64,000 bases of DNA, taken from NCBI GenBank assembly GCA_041641305.1, contig JBEPYN010000003.1, forward strand, positions 34,518-98,517, read 5' to 3'. Of this stretch, positions 55,258 to 64,000 are shown piece by piece. The notes below the pieces were generated by a model. That model was not told where the DNA came from and searched no databases. It saw nothing but the letters and a program-made list of their open reading frames with translations. Source of the DNA: Nitrososphaerota archaeon (GTDB lineage: Archaea > Thermoproteota > Nitrososphaeria_A > Caldarchaeales > Caldarchaeaceae). The translations under genes and the position numbers were made by a program. Numbering within the stretch: position 1 is the stretch's first letter; each line of letters starts with the position of its first letter.

Positions 55258-55827
55258 TTGGCTGAAGAGTTAAAGCTGTTTGGTCAGTGGAGCGTCGAGG
55301 GGGTGGAGGTCTTAGACGAGGGCCTGAAGAAATACATCACACTGAAGCCGCAGGTTGTGCCTCATTCGGGAGGGCGTCACGAACACCGCAGATTTGCCAA
55401 GTCACAGCTAAACATAGCCGAGCGCCTCGCCAACATGTTGATGAGACCGGGGAAAAACGGCGGGAAAAAAAGCAAGGCCCTCGCAGCGGTTAGAAACGCT
55501 CTCTGGATAATCCATCTACGGACAGGAAGGAACCCGTTGGAGGTTTTGGTCCGGGCTGTTGAAAACTCGGCCCCACTCGAGGATGTTACACGTCTGAGCT
55601 ACGGTGGAATAGTTTATTTTAAAGCCGTGGACATAAGCCCCCAGAGAAGAGTGGACCTCGCCTTGAGGAACATAGCCCAAGCAGCTCGCGAAAACTCTTT
55701 CCGGACAAGGCGGACAATAGACGAGACCTTGGCTGAGGAGATTATCCTCGCCTCTGAAAAGGATAGTAAGAGCTTCGCGGTGAAGCGGAAAATCGAGCTA
55801 GAGCGTGTGGCGCTGGCCTCCCGTTAA
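55258..55827 (+). CDS. rps7: 30S ribosomal protein S7
   Basis: KLFGQWS, PHSGGRHEHRRF, NPLEVLVRAVENSAP, VDISPQRRVD, ELERVALASR. Start set at TTG 55258. Confidence 0.95.
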   Translation: MAEELKLFGQWSVEGVEVLDEGLKKYITLKPQVVPHSGGRHEHRRFAKSQLNIAERLANMLMRPGKNGGKKSKALAAVRNALWIIHLRTGRNPLEVLVRAVENSAPLEDVTRLSYGGIVYFKAVDISPQRRVDLALRNIAQAARENSFRTRRTIDETLAEEIILASEKDSKSFAVKRKIELERVALASR

Positions 55828-57392
55828 CCGAGGCATCTTCTAATCTTGGCTGCTCTAAGCAGCTCCTGACGGGCCTCCTCCAAGTTTTCCTCCATGTATG
55901 CTATTAGGAAGTTGTTGATTATGTTGCTGTATTTTCTCTCCGAAGGCGACTTGGGCCCAGGCTTGATGTTGAGAACCTCCTGAGCCGTCTCAAGGTCCTC
56001 CACATAGAGCGGCAGCGCTTCCCTGAGGGGCTGCAGCTCAGGCTTCCCGGCTGATTCATCGCCCAGAAGCATGTTGATGTTGTCGAAACAAACCAGCGGA
56101 GCTACTCTCCGAAGGTCGTCCACCAATCCTCTGTAGAACTGCTGCAATACATCGAACTCTTCTTCGGTGAGGTTGTGGAGGACACGGAGGCCGATGAACT
56201 CGGGAGGCAGCCCAAGCGTGTAGAGGGAGCAGGCGTAGGGAATGGCGCGGGGTAGCTCAACCCCGCCCAACATCCGAGAATAGGAGAAAACACCGATGTG
56301 TAGTTTACGTCTACGCCTCATCGGTGTTAAGCGAGATACACGGGCCACGGTGGAGGCCGCCATTTCGGCGAACTCCCTGTAACATTTTGAAGATTTCTCA
56401 ATAACTTGAACCACCGTTTCCAAGCTTTCCAACATCGTCGACGGCTTCTCGATGGGTAATGTTTTGTTTATTCGTCTGATGGCCTCGACAACCTGCTCCT
56501 GTGGATAATCGTAGCGAAAAGCAGATTGTACAGTGACGGTGGATACTCTGTATTCTTCGAAGAAGGTTTCGAGGTGTGTTGGGCTGAGGCCGCCTCTGAA
56601 TGGTAGTGTGCCGACTCCGATGATTGTGTGGACGGGGATACCCGTGGTATGTTTCAGGTTTAGAAGCCTGTCTATCGCAAGCTTAGCCATTAGAGTTGCA
56701 GCCAAGAGCCCGTTGTTGAGGGCGGGGTCTGAGCGGGCTATGAATACACGCATGTAACGCGGCGAAGTCAGCTCTATGAATCGTCCCACTATGGCGTCGG
56801 CCTTCAGCATCGATTCGAGGTCTTCGAAGAGTGGGATGACCTCGATTTTCTCGGGATGGATTTTCCCGATGATGTCGCCGAGCCTGACGCTTGGATAGTC
56901 GATGAAAATGTCCTCGAGTTGGACGACGGCTTTTCTATAGGTGTTGACCACCTGTATCAGCTGGTTTACCGATGCGGTGAAGGGTAGTATGACTTCGAAG
57001 ACAGGCGGGTTCACCATGCGGCCGTAGAAGACTTCGCATGCGTCGAATTGTTTGGGGATGCTTTGAAGCGTTTCGAAGAATATTTTCTTGTCGCTCTTCT
57101 CTGTTGCGGGGTTAGGGATGCGGTATGTGAGGAAATGGTCTCTTCCGATGATTTTTTCGCGAAAGTATTCGGGATGTGTTGTGAGCAGTTTGCGGACGAC
57201 GTTGAGGTCGACGTCTTTACCCTCGGCGTCCCACATAGCTTCCTCGCACCCCAGGGAGACCCAGCTACGGTAAACCTCCTCAACCTCGTCGTCTCCCTCT
57301 ATCAGCGGAGTGTCCAGCCAAGGTGGGCTGGAGACGTTGTCGGGATGCTGCGAACTCATCGTTTTCGGAATATGTCTATCTCCCTCAACCAT
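55824..57392 (-). CDS. ppcA: Archaeal-type phosphoenolpyruvate carboxylase
   Basis: IPKTMSSQHPDN, MWDAEGK, RVFIARSDPA, GTLPFRG, TVQSAFRYD, LPRAI. Confidence 0.95.
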   Translation of the reverse strand: MVEGDRHIPKTMSSQHPDNVSSPPWLDTPLIEGDDEVEEVYRSWVSLGCEEAMWDAEGKDVDLNVVRKLLTTHPEYFREKIIGRDHFLTYRIPNPATEKSDKKIFFETLQSIPKQFDACEVFYGRMVNPPVFEVILPFTASVNQLIQVVNTYRKAVVQLEDIFIDYPSVRLGDIIGKIHPEKIEVIPLFEDLESMLKADAIVGRFIELTSPRYMRVFIARSDPALNNGLLAATLMAKLAIDRLLNLKHTTGIPVHTIIGVGTLPFRGGLSPTHLETFFEEYRVSTVTVQSAFRYDYPQEQVVEAIRRINKTLPIEKPSTMLESLETVVQVIEKSSKCYREFAEMAASTVARVSRLTPMRRRRKLHIGVFSYSRMLGGVELPRAIPYACSLYTLGLPPEFIGLRVLHNLTEEEFDVLQQFYRGLVDDLRRVAPLVCFDNINMLLGDESAGKPELQPLREALPLYVEDLETAQEVLNIKPGPKSPSERKYSNIINNFLIAYMEENLEEARQELLRAAKIRRCLG

Positions 57393-57394
57393 GG

Positions 57395-58369
57395 CTATTC
57401 ACGTGAATATGGGATACCCAAAGCCGCGGGGACACCTATCCTCTTGCGCACAGACTCGATGGACAACAGTGTCAGAGTTACTATGGTCACTATGTAGGGG
57501 AGCATGAGGAGGAAGTATGGGAGCTGCGCCGCCACTCCGAGGATCTGGAGCCTGAACTGTAGTGCCTCGACTCCGCCGAAGAGGTAGGCGCCGAGAACTG
57601 CTCTTAGCGGGTTCCATGTCGCTAGTATGACGAGGGCGAGGGCGATGAAGCCCCTGCCCTGCGTCATCCCCTCTACCCAGAAGGGCTGATAACCTATGAA
57701 CAGGTAAGCACCGGCCAGGGAACCCAGCGCACCGCATGTCGCCATGGCTATGTATCGCATGAGGAAGATGTTTACGCCGAGGGCGTCGGCCATGGACGGG
57801 TTTTCGCCTACGGAGCGGAGGCTGAGACCGAAGCTTGTTTTGAACAAGATGAACCAGAGTGTAGCGGCGAGGATGAGGGAGATGTAAACAAGTATGTTGT
57901 GGCTGAATAACATGGGGCCGATGATGGGGATGTTGACCATGCCTGGGATTGGGATGGGGGGCAGCTTAGCTGCTTCCTGCGATGCGATGACGGCTGGAGA
58001 AGCCTGGGGGTTCAGGGCCAGAATTATTCTACCCCTCACCTCATTTGACGCAATCAGGCCACTCAGCCCCAGGCCGAGGAATGTGAACGCCAGACCGACG
58101 ACCACTTGGTTTAGCCGGAGGCTGACCGTGAAGAGGGCGTGAAGAAGCCCGAGCACACCCCCTACCAGCAACACCGTGACGAGGGCCCAGCCATGTCCCA
58201 GCGCGTTCGTGAAAATGTAGGATAGCGATGCACCCATTATCATCATGCCCTCCATGCCGAGGTTTAGCACCCCAGCGCGTTCAGCCACCGTTTCACCGAG
58301 AGAGGCAAGTAGAAAAACCGTCCCCGAAGCAACAGCCCCAACCAACACAGATTCAACTAACTCAATCAT
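57395..58369 (-). CDS. Nucleoside (CUT2/BMP-type) ABC permease
   Basis: ERAGVLNLGMEG, LRSVGENPSMADALG, GRGFIALA, PAALGIPY. Confidence 0.92.
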   Translation of the reverse strand: MIELVESVLVGAVASGTVFLLASLGETVAERAGVLNLGMEGMMIMGASLSYIFTNALGHGWALVTVLLVGGVLGLLHALFTVSLRLNQVVVGLAFTFLGLGLSGLIASNEVRGRIILALNPQASPAVIASQEAAKLPPIPIPGMVNIPIIGPMLFSHNILVYISLILAATLWFILFKTSFGLSLRSVGENPSMADALGVNIFLMRYIAMATCGALGSLAGAYLFIGYQPFWVEGMTQGRGFIALALVILATWNPLRAVLGAYLFGGVEALQFRLQILGVAAQLPYFLLMLPYIVTIVTLTLLSIESVRKRIGVPAALGIPYSRE

Positions 58370-59430
58370 TTCACAACCCTCAGCCTATATCTCTTGAAAA
58401 ACTCGCCGAGAATAATCATCAGGAAGATTGTCGCCTGAATTATTTGGATTGCTGGGAAGGGGAGGCTGAGTGTTGCCTGTATGACGTCTCCTGCGACCAG
58501 TAATCCGCCGAAGAAAATCGCGGCAGGAACTGCTAACCAGGGGTTGAGCGCTGCGAGAAAAGCTATGATTATGGCGGTGTATCCGTAACCGACGTAGGCG
58601 CTGGGAGGCCTCATTCTTCCGAGGATGCCCGCGACTATTGTGAGGCCACCTAATCCGGCCAACCCACCTGCTATCAAGCTGCCGAGTAAAAGCGTCCGAC
58701 CAATCCTAACACCCGCGTATCTCGCCGCCTCATAGGTTTGACCGAGCACTCTCATCTCAAAGCCCGCGGGCGTGTATTGGATGAAGCCATACAATAGCCC
58801 GGCGATTATGAACGCGGCTGGGACGCCGACATATGCTGTGTGCCCGAGGATAGTGTCGAGCCTTGCGTATGATGGGAAGACGATTGAGAGTGGGAAACCA
58901 AAGCCCTTTGGGTCTCTCCACGGCCCATGTATGAGGTAGTTGACTAAATGGTATGCGACGTAGTTGAGCATCAGCGTTGGGAGAATCTCGTTTACGCCGA
59001 GCTTGGCTTTCAGAAAGGCGGGCAAAGCACAGTAGAGGCCTCCCGCCAAGAAGGATAAGATAATCATGAGAGGTAAGACGAGGAAATCCGGGACAAGACC
59101 ATAGTAGGCGTGAAGCAGTACAACACCTGTCGCAGCCACCATGCCGAGATATATCTGGCCCTCGGCGCCAATATTCCAGAAATTCATTTTGAAGGCGACG
59201 GTCAGCCCGAGGGCCGCGAAGCCGAGAGGCAGCCCGCGGAGAGCAGCCTCCAGAAGCGTTCTCTCACTTATGTAAACCTCGAAGAGACGCACTATAATAT
59301 CAACGGCTCTAACACCGAGGAGTTCGAAAATCAGTCCAGCCACGAGAAAGCTGGCCGCCATGAAAAGTATTGTGACCGCTGCAGAAAATTTGCGCGAAAC
59401 CTGAACACGTTTCTCGAGTTTAAGCATCAT
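58366..59430 (-). CDS. Nucleoside ABC permease
   Basis: WNIGAEGQ, NEILPTLMLNY, AARYAG, GYGYTAIIIAFL. Confidence 0.92.
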   Translation of the reverse strand: MMLKLEKRVQVSRKFSAAVTILFMAASFLVAGLIFELLGVRAVDIIVRLFEVYISERTLLEAALRGLPLGFAALGLTVAFKMNFWNIGAEGQIYLGMVAATGVVLLHAYYGLVPDFLVLPLMIILSFLAGGLYCALPAFLKAKLGVNEILPTLMLNYVAYHLVNYLIHGPWRDPKGFGFPLSIVFPSYARLDTILGHTAYVGVPAAFIIAGLLYGFIQYTPAGFEMRVLGQTYEAARYAGVRIGRTLLLGSLIAGGLAGLGGLTIVAGILGRMRPPSAYVGYGYTAIIIAFLAALNPWLAVPAAIFFGGLLVAGDVIQATLSLPFPAIQIIQATIFLMIILGEFFKRYRLRVVK

Positions 59431-60963
59431 TTAGGCGCTGACCTCCGCCCTCTTCACACCCGTCATCATTAGCCCGATTTCCTCGACATCGTATTCCTCT
59501 CGCCTGAGAACGCCGACTATCTCGCCGCGGTACATCACCATTATGCGGTCGCTGAGAGCCATTAGCTCCTCGAGCTCCTCGGAGACAAGAAGCACGGCAA
59601 CTCCCTGCTCAGCTCTTCCAACCAGTTCCTGGTGAATCTGCTCCGTCGAAGCGATGTCAAGGCCGCGGGTGGGATACGCCGCCAATATCACCTTGGTGTT
59701 GGGCATGATCCCAAGCTCGCGAGCCAGAACAAGACGCTGAATGTTTCCGCCCGAGAGGTTTGCCACCCTGTTGGAGATTGTCGGGGTGACTATGCGGAAG
59801 GTTTTCACAAGCTCCTCCGCCTTTCGGTAAACATCCCGCCATCTTATCACAAATCTGTTGGCGAACAGGTGGTTTCTGTAGGCTTTGAGGACGAGATTTT
59901 CTGCGACGGTCATGTCCGGCGCTGAGTAGCGGAGGGCCTCTGCAGGAACGTAGCTGACACCGGCGTCAATTATCTCCTGCGGATGCTTGTTTGTGATGTC
60001 TAAGCCGTCGAGCAAAACTTTTCCACGGATAATTTTCCTAAGTCCAGCGAGCGCTTCGAGAAGCTCCGTCTGACCGTTTCCCGACACACCGGCTATGCCG
60101 AGAATTTCTCCCCGGTACAGCTTGAAGGAAACGTTTCGCACAGCCTCCAACCCCTTGTCACCGAAGACAACGAGTCCAGATGCTTCGAGAACCGGTTTCG
60201 AAGTGTCTACACGTCTCGCGGAGGTTATCTTGAGTAGAGGCCTTCCAATCATGAGTTCAACAAGCTCCTCTATGTTTGTCTCGTTGACGTTTTTTGTCGC
60301 CACGTTTCGGCCGGATCTCATCACCGTCACTCTGTCGGCTACGTTGAAAACCTCCTCAAGCTTGTGGGTGATTAACACCACGCCCAGGCCCTGTGAAGCC
60401 ATTTTGCGGAGCGTCTGGAAAAGTGTAACCGTCTCCTGTGGAGTGAGCACAGAGGTGGGCTCGTCAAGTATCAGTATCCTGACTTTTCTATAAAGTGCTT
60501 TGAGAAGCTCGACCTGCTGCTTTTCGCCGGCGGAAAGCTGCCAAACACGGGCGTTGGGGGAGATTGTCCAGCCATATGTCTGTATGAGCTGGGTAAGCTC
60601 TTTGTTTATTTTTCGCTCGTTTATCACGAAGCCGAGCTCTCTCAGCCCCAGGATGACGTTTTCTGCAACGGTGTGCACGGGTATGAGTTTGAACTGCTGA
60701 TGAACCATACCTATTCCGAGAGAGAGGGCGTCGCGAGGCCCTCTGATGTCCACCTTCTTTCCGTAAACCCATATCTCTCCGGCGTCGGGCCGGTAGATGC
60801 CGTATAGGATGTTCATCAAAGTTGATTTCCCAGCCCCGTTTTCGCCCAGCAGCGCATGAACCTCGCCAGGCCTAAGCGTGAAACTCACATTATCGTTAGC
60901 CACTACGTTGGGGAACTTCTTAACTATGCCCCTCATCTCAACAAGGTACTCGGGCCCAGACAT
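59431..60963 (-). CDS. Nucleoside/sugar ABC ATPase (two-domain)
   Basis: GENGAGKSTL, MVHQQF, GVSGNGQ, LSGGNIQR. Start set at ATG 60963. Confidence 0.93.
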   Translation of the reverse strand: MSGPEYLVEMRGIVKKFPNVVANDNVSFTLRPGEVHALLGENGAGKSTLMNILYGIYRPDAGEIWVYGKKVDIRGPRDALSLGIGMVHQQFKLIPVHTVAENVILGLRELGFVINERKINKELTQLIQTYGWTISPNARVWQLSAGEKQQVELLKALYRKVRILILDEPTSVLTPQETVTLFQTLRKMASQGLGVVLITHKLEEVFNVADRVTVMRSGRNVATKNVNETNIEELVELMIGRPLLKITSARRVDTSKPVLEASGLVVFGDKGLEAVRNVSFKLYRGEILGIAGVSGNGQTELLEALAGLRKIIRGKVLLDGLDITNKHPQEIIDAGVSYVPAEALRYSAPDMTVAENLVLKAYRNHLFANRFVIRWRDVYRKAEELVKTFRIVTPTISNRVANLSGGNIQRLVLARELGIMPNTKVILAAYPTRGLDIASTEQIHQELVGRAEQGVAVLLVSEELEELMALSDRIMVMYRGEIVGVLRREEYDVEEIGLMMTGVKRAEVSA

Positions 60964-61013
60964 ATGGACCACAACAAAAAATGTGGGATAAAATTGCGGG
61001 TTTTTAGAGATGC

Positions 61014-62339
61014 TTAGCGCGGCAGCTCGCTTTCGATGTATTCGACAAACCAGTCCATGTTCCACAGCATGTCTCTGTCTGCGCGTTCACTTCCCTGTAT
61101 TCTGACTTGGCCTTTTTGGTCGCGTATAGGCTCGCCGAGGTTGCCGTCGACGCTGAAGGGCTCGAACAAAAGCTCCTTCATCTCCTCATACCTCTTCTTA
61201 ATCTCGAGCTGCCACTCGGAGGGTATGGCTGGGTTCAGCTTGGCGAGCTGAAGGGTTCCATCAACCTGCCCGGCTGTGCTCTGCTCAGGAGGTCTCCTCC
61301 ATCGGTAGGGCATATAGTCGCCTATCCTCGTCCATATGTCGACAGACGTCCATGTACCGGTTGCAACCATTCTGTAGAAATCGAGGTATATGGGGCCCCA
61401 GTTTACAATCTGTCCTGTTAGATGTGCGTTTGGCCCGTAGCTGGACATGTCGTTGTAGTGGCTGAAGCTCCAGACTCTACGTCCCTTCTGTGTGGTGTAT
61501 TCCTGGGCGACCTGTAATGTGGTTGGCGTGTCCTCAGTAAATGCGAGAACATCTGCGTTGGACTGCTCGATCAACGCAACCGCGGCTTCCCGCGCCTTTC
61601 CTGGGTCAAACCATGCAAAAAGCCAGTTCACATAGGCCTTGATGTTCCTACCTGTTCGTTTCTTGTAGGCGTAGTTTGCTCCGAGGACAAATGCGTTGAT
61701 GTGTCTAACCACCTCAGGTATTGGGAAAGCCGCAACATAGCCAACGACACCTGTCTGTGTAACAGCCCCTGCTGCGAGGCCGTTGAGGTAGTAGAGCTGG
61801 TAGAATTCAGCGAATGCGCTGCTCATGTTCTGGGGTGCGTTGCCAGCCGCTCCACTACGGTACCCAGAGATGTGGACAAAATATTTGTCCGGATGTTTTG
61901 CGGCCACCTCCGCTGTCGAGTCCATGTAGCCGAAGCTTGTGGTTAAAACGAGGTCTGCTCCCTGGTTGATCAGAGACTCGATTGCGCCAGCGGACTGAGC
62001 CTCTGGAACGCTCTCGATGTAGAAACTGTCAACATTCTTGTAAGCTGCATCGGCGAATTTTCTTCCCTCGTCATGGGCGAAGGTCCAGCCATAGTCTCCG
62101 ACAGGCCCGACGTAGATGTATCCGACTTTCAGTTTCTTAGCGGGGGCCTGCACTGTAGTTGTTACAGTTGCGCCCGGGCCTGTTACGGTGCGGGTGACTG
62201 CTGGAGCAGCCTGAGACGAGCCGAGAAAATATCCCGCCAAACCACCGACAACCGCGCCAGCCGCGACGCCTCCTACCGCCGCGCCCGTGGATACGGCGAG
62301 GAATTTTCTTCTCGATATTCTGGATTTTTTCTCCATCAT
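61014..62339 (-). CDS. BMP-family nucleoside-binding protein with Tat signal
   Basis: SRRKFL signal, YVGPVGDYGWTFAHDEGR, TTSFGYMD, PIPEVVRHINAFVLGA, WFDP. Confidence 0.92.
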   Translation of the reverse strand: MMEKKSRISRRKFLAVSTGAAVGGVAAGAVVGGLAGYFLGSSQAAPAVTRTVTGPGATVTTTVQAPAKKLKVGYIYVGPVGDYGWTFAHDEGRKFADAAYKNVDSFYIESVPEAQSAGAIESLINQGADLVLTTSFGYMDSTAEVAAKHPDKYFVHISGYRSGAAGNAPQNMSSAFAEFYQLYYLNGLAAGAVTQTGVVGYVAAFPIPEVVRHINAFVLGANYAYKKRTGRNIKAYVNWLFAWFDPGKAREAAVALIEQSNADVLAFTEDTPTTLQVAQEYTTQKGRRVWSFSHYNDMSSYGPNAHLTGQIVNWGPIYLDFYRMVATGTWTSVDIWTRIGDYMPYRWRRPPEQSTAGQVDGTLQLAKLNPAIPSEWQLEIKKRYEEMKELLFEPFSVDGNLGEPIRDQKGQVRIQGSERADRDMLWNMDWFVEYIESELPR

Positions 62340-62341
62340 TT

Positions 62342-62365
62342 TATATACCTTGGGTGAGGTATATA
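62342..62365. promoter_or_regulatory. Inverted repeat / candidate operator over the BMP-operon promoter
   Basis: TATATACCT-TGGGTG-AGGTATATA, a perfect 9-bp inverted repeat that contains the TATA-like element. Confidence 0.55.
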
Positions 62366-62379
62366 TGCTTTATCGGAAA

Positions 62380-64000
62380 TCAGTCCACAACCAGGTCTAC
62401 GAACTGGAAGGTCACGGTGTCAAGAAGACCCTTGTCGGTTATCCGGAGCTCAGGTATCACGCTGAGACTGAGGAGTGAGAGCGTCATGAACGGCGACACC
62501 CATTCACATCCAAGCCTCCTCCACACCTCATAGGTTTTGCTAAGCTTCTCCGCGACAGCTTCTGCAGGCTCCGGTGACATGAGGCCCGCGAGCGGTAGCT
62601 CAACCCGTGCAAGAACCTCGCCGTCCGCTACGGTGACTATGCCGCCGTTGATGCGGGCGTTCTCGTTCGCTGCGAGAGCCATGTCTTTTTCGTCGAAGCC
62701 GATTACGAGGAGGTTGTGGCTGTCGTGTGCAACTGTAGATGAGACCGCTCCCTTACGGAACCCGAAACCAGCTGCCAAGCCCGTGCTCATTCCACCGTGT
62801 TTACCATGCCTCTCGATGACAGCGATTTTGAAGATGCTTCTGTCGGGGTCCGGATTCACCGCTCCATCGCGGACCTCGAGCCTCTCGATGTTATGCCTTG
62901 TGATGACGCTGCCCTCAATCGCTTGAATAACCCTTGCACGAACCTCGTCACCCTCCGCCGCCACCCTAATAACAAAATCTTCGGGAGACATGGGCCTCAG
63001 TAGCTTCACACTCCGCATAAACCTCTCGGGATAACTGAAGCGGGGCAGTTCTTTGACCAGTCTTCCATTTTCTGCCACAAGCTCGCCGTCGGCGAAAACA
63101 GCCTCAATCCTGAACCTAGCCAAGTCGGAGACAAGCAGGATATCTGCCAAACGGCCTGGTGAGATGCTGCCGAGCTCGTGGCTTAGACGGTATCTCTCCG
63201 CTGGGTTGAGGGTTGCCATTTGGATGGCTGTCAACGGGTCAACACCTTCTTGGATGGCTCTGCGGACACAGTGGTCCACGTGTCCGTCCCGCAGGATGGA
63301 TGCGGGCTCCTTGTCGTCTGTGCAGAGACAGATGTGGCGTGGGTCGATGCCCGTCTCCGTGTAGGCTCTGACGGTCTCCTTGATGTCCAGCCAAGCGCTG
63401 CCCTCACGCAGATACACATACATTCCGTACCGTAGCCTTTGGAGGGTTTGCTCCTTTGTGACGCTTTCATGGGTTGAGAGGATGCCTGCTGCGACATAGG
63501 CTGATAGCTCGCGGCCCATCAGCCCCGAGTCATGCCCCTCCACAACCTTCCCCGCCTTAAGCGTCTCAGCGATTTCAGCGTGCACCTTCTCGTCCGCGGC
63601 CAAAACACCTGGGAAATTCATCATCTCGCCCAAGGCAATCACCTCATCAAGCTTCATAGCCTCCGCAACCTCCTCAGGTGTAACAACAGCCCCCGATGTC
63701 TCATAACCCGGCGCAGCGGGAACACAGGATGGATAGGTCACGTAAACCTTGAGCGGCAGGTTCCTTGACTCCTCAATCATCAGCTTAACGCCGTCAAGCC
63801 CGAAAACGTTACCTATCTCATGCGGGTCGATGAAAACGGCTGTGGTTCCATGTGGAAGAATGATTCGCGCGAGCTGGGTGACACTCACCATCGAGCTCTC
63901 AACATGCACATGAGGGTCTAAAAGACCGGGGACGAGGAATTTTCCGGATGCATCGACGACGGTTGTGTCATCTCCTATGCAAGGTGTCGCGTCTCCGACC
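62380..64000 (-). CDS. ade: Adenine deaminase (5' end beyond the window)
   Basis: Frame is open to the window end: PGLLDPHVHVESS, DPHEIGNV, EMMNFPG, REGS, CTDD, SSTVAHDSHN. Confidence 0.95.
   Translation of the reverse strand, partial: VGDATPCIGDDTTVVDASGKFLVPGLLDPHVHVESSMVSVTQLARIILPHGTTAVFIDPHEIGNVFGLDGVKLMIEESRNLPLKVYVTYPSCVPAAPGYETSGAVVTPEEVAEAMKLDEVIALGEMMNFPGVLAADEKVHAEIAETLKAGKVVEGHDSGLMGRELSAYVAAGILSTHESVTKEQTLQRLRYGMYVYLREGSAWLDIKETVRAYTETGIDPRHICLCTDDKEPASILRDGHVDHCVRRAIQEGVDPLTAIQMATLNPAERYRLSHELGSISPGRLADILLVSDLARFRIEAVFADGELVAENGRLVKELPRFSYPERFMRSVKLLRPMSPEDFVIRVAAEGDEVRARVIQAIEGSVITRHNIERLEVRDGAVNPDPDRSIFKIAVIERHGKHGGMSTGLAAGFGFRKGAVSSTVAHDSHNLLVIGFDEKDMALAANENARINGGIVTVADGEVLARVELPLAGLMSPEPAEAVAEKLSKTYEVWRRLGCEWVSPFMTLSLLSLSVIPELRITDKGLLDTVTFQFVDLVVD

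Noticed and set aside
1-64000. CRISPR arrays, rRNA, transposases, prophage or defence genes
   Set aside because: No regularly spaced repeats or recognisable motifs were seen. queC and queD look like housekeeping archaeosine genes, with no dpdA or Qat-type partners nearby.

Overview
Gene-dense archaeal chromosome segment of about 50% GC. Archaeal markers include rpl31e, aIF-6, pfdA, ftsY, aIF-2beta, pelota, DnaG, CarS, DGGGP synthase, PpcA, NreA and PINA. The content is consistent with a thermophilic TACK archaeon such as Aigarchaeota/Caldarchaeales, which is inference and not proven. It holds about 70 CDS and two intron-less tRNAs, Leu(CAG) and Thr(CGT). I found no CRISPR array, rRNA, intact transposase or integrase. 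Points of interest: (1) an uncharacterised catabolic cluster at about 32.9-42.7 kb, with a Mer-like LLM oxidoreductase, a DUF6282-like metallohydrolase, a CaiC-like CoA ligase, an alpha/beta-fold protein carrying His at the nucleophile position, and a Tat-exported Dpp-type ABC importer; (2) a tandem ThyX with complementary motif loss, heading a queD-queC operon; (3) an HTH-ferritin-like fusion regulator between phnDCE-like and Mn/Fe ABC operons, with visible operator palindromes; (4) two decapitated pseudogenes (codA-like, ylbE/allG-like) joined back to back at the tRNA-Thr 3' end; (5) a 53-aa CPxCG zinc-finger ORF missed by the ORF track; (6) a tandem PHI/SIS protein; (7) a motif shared by two Tat-exported binding proteins. 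All protein calls come from motif recognition by eye, without database searches.
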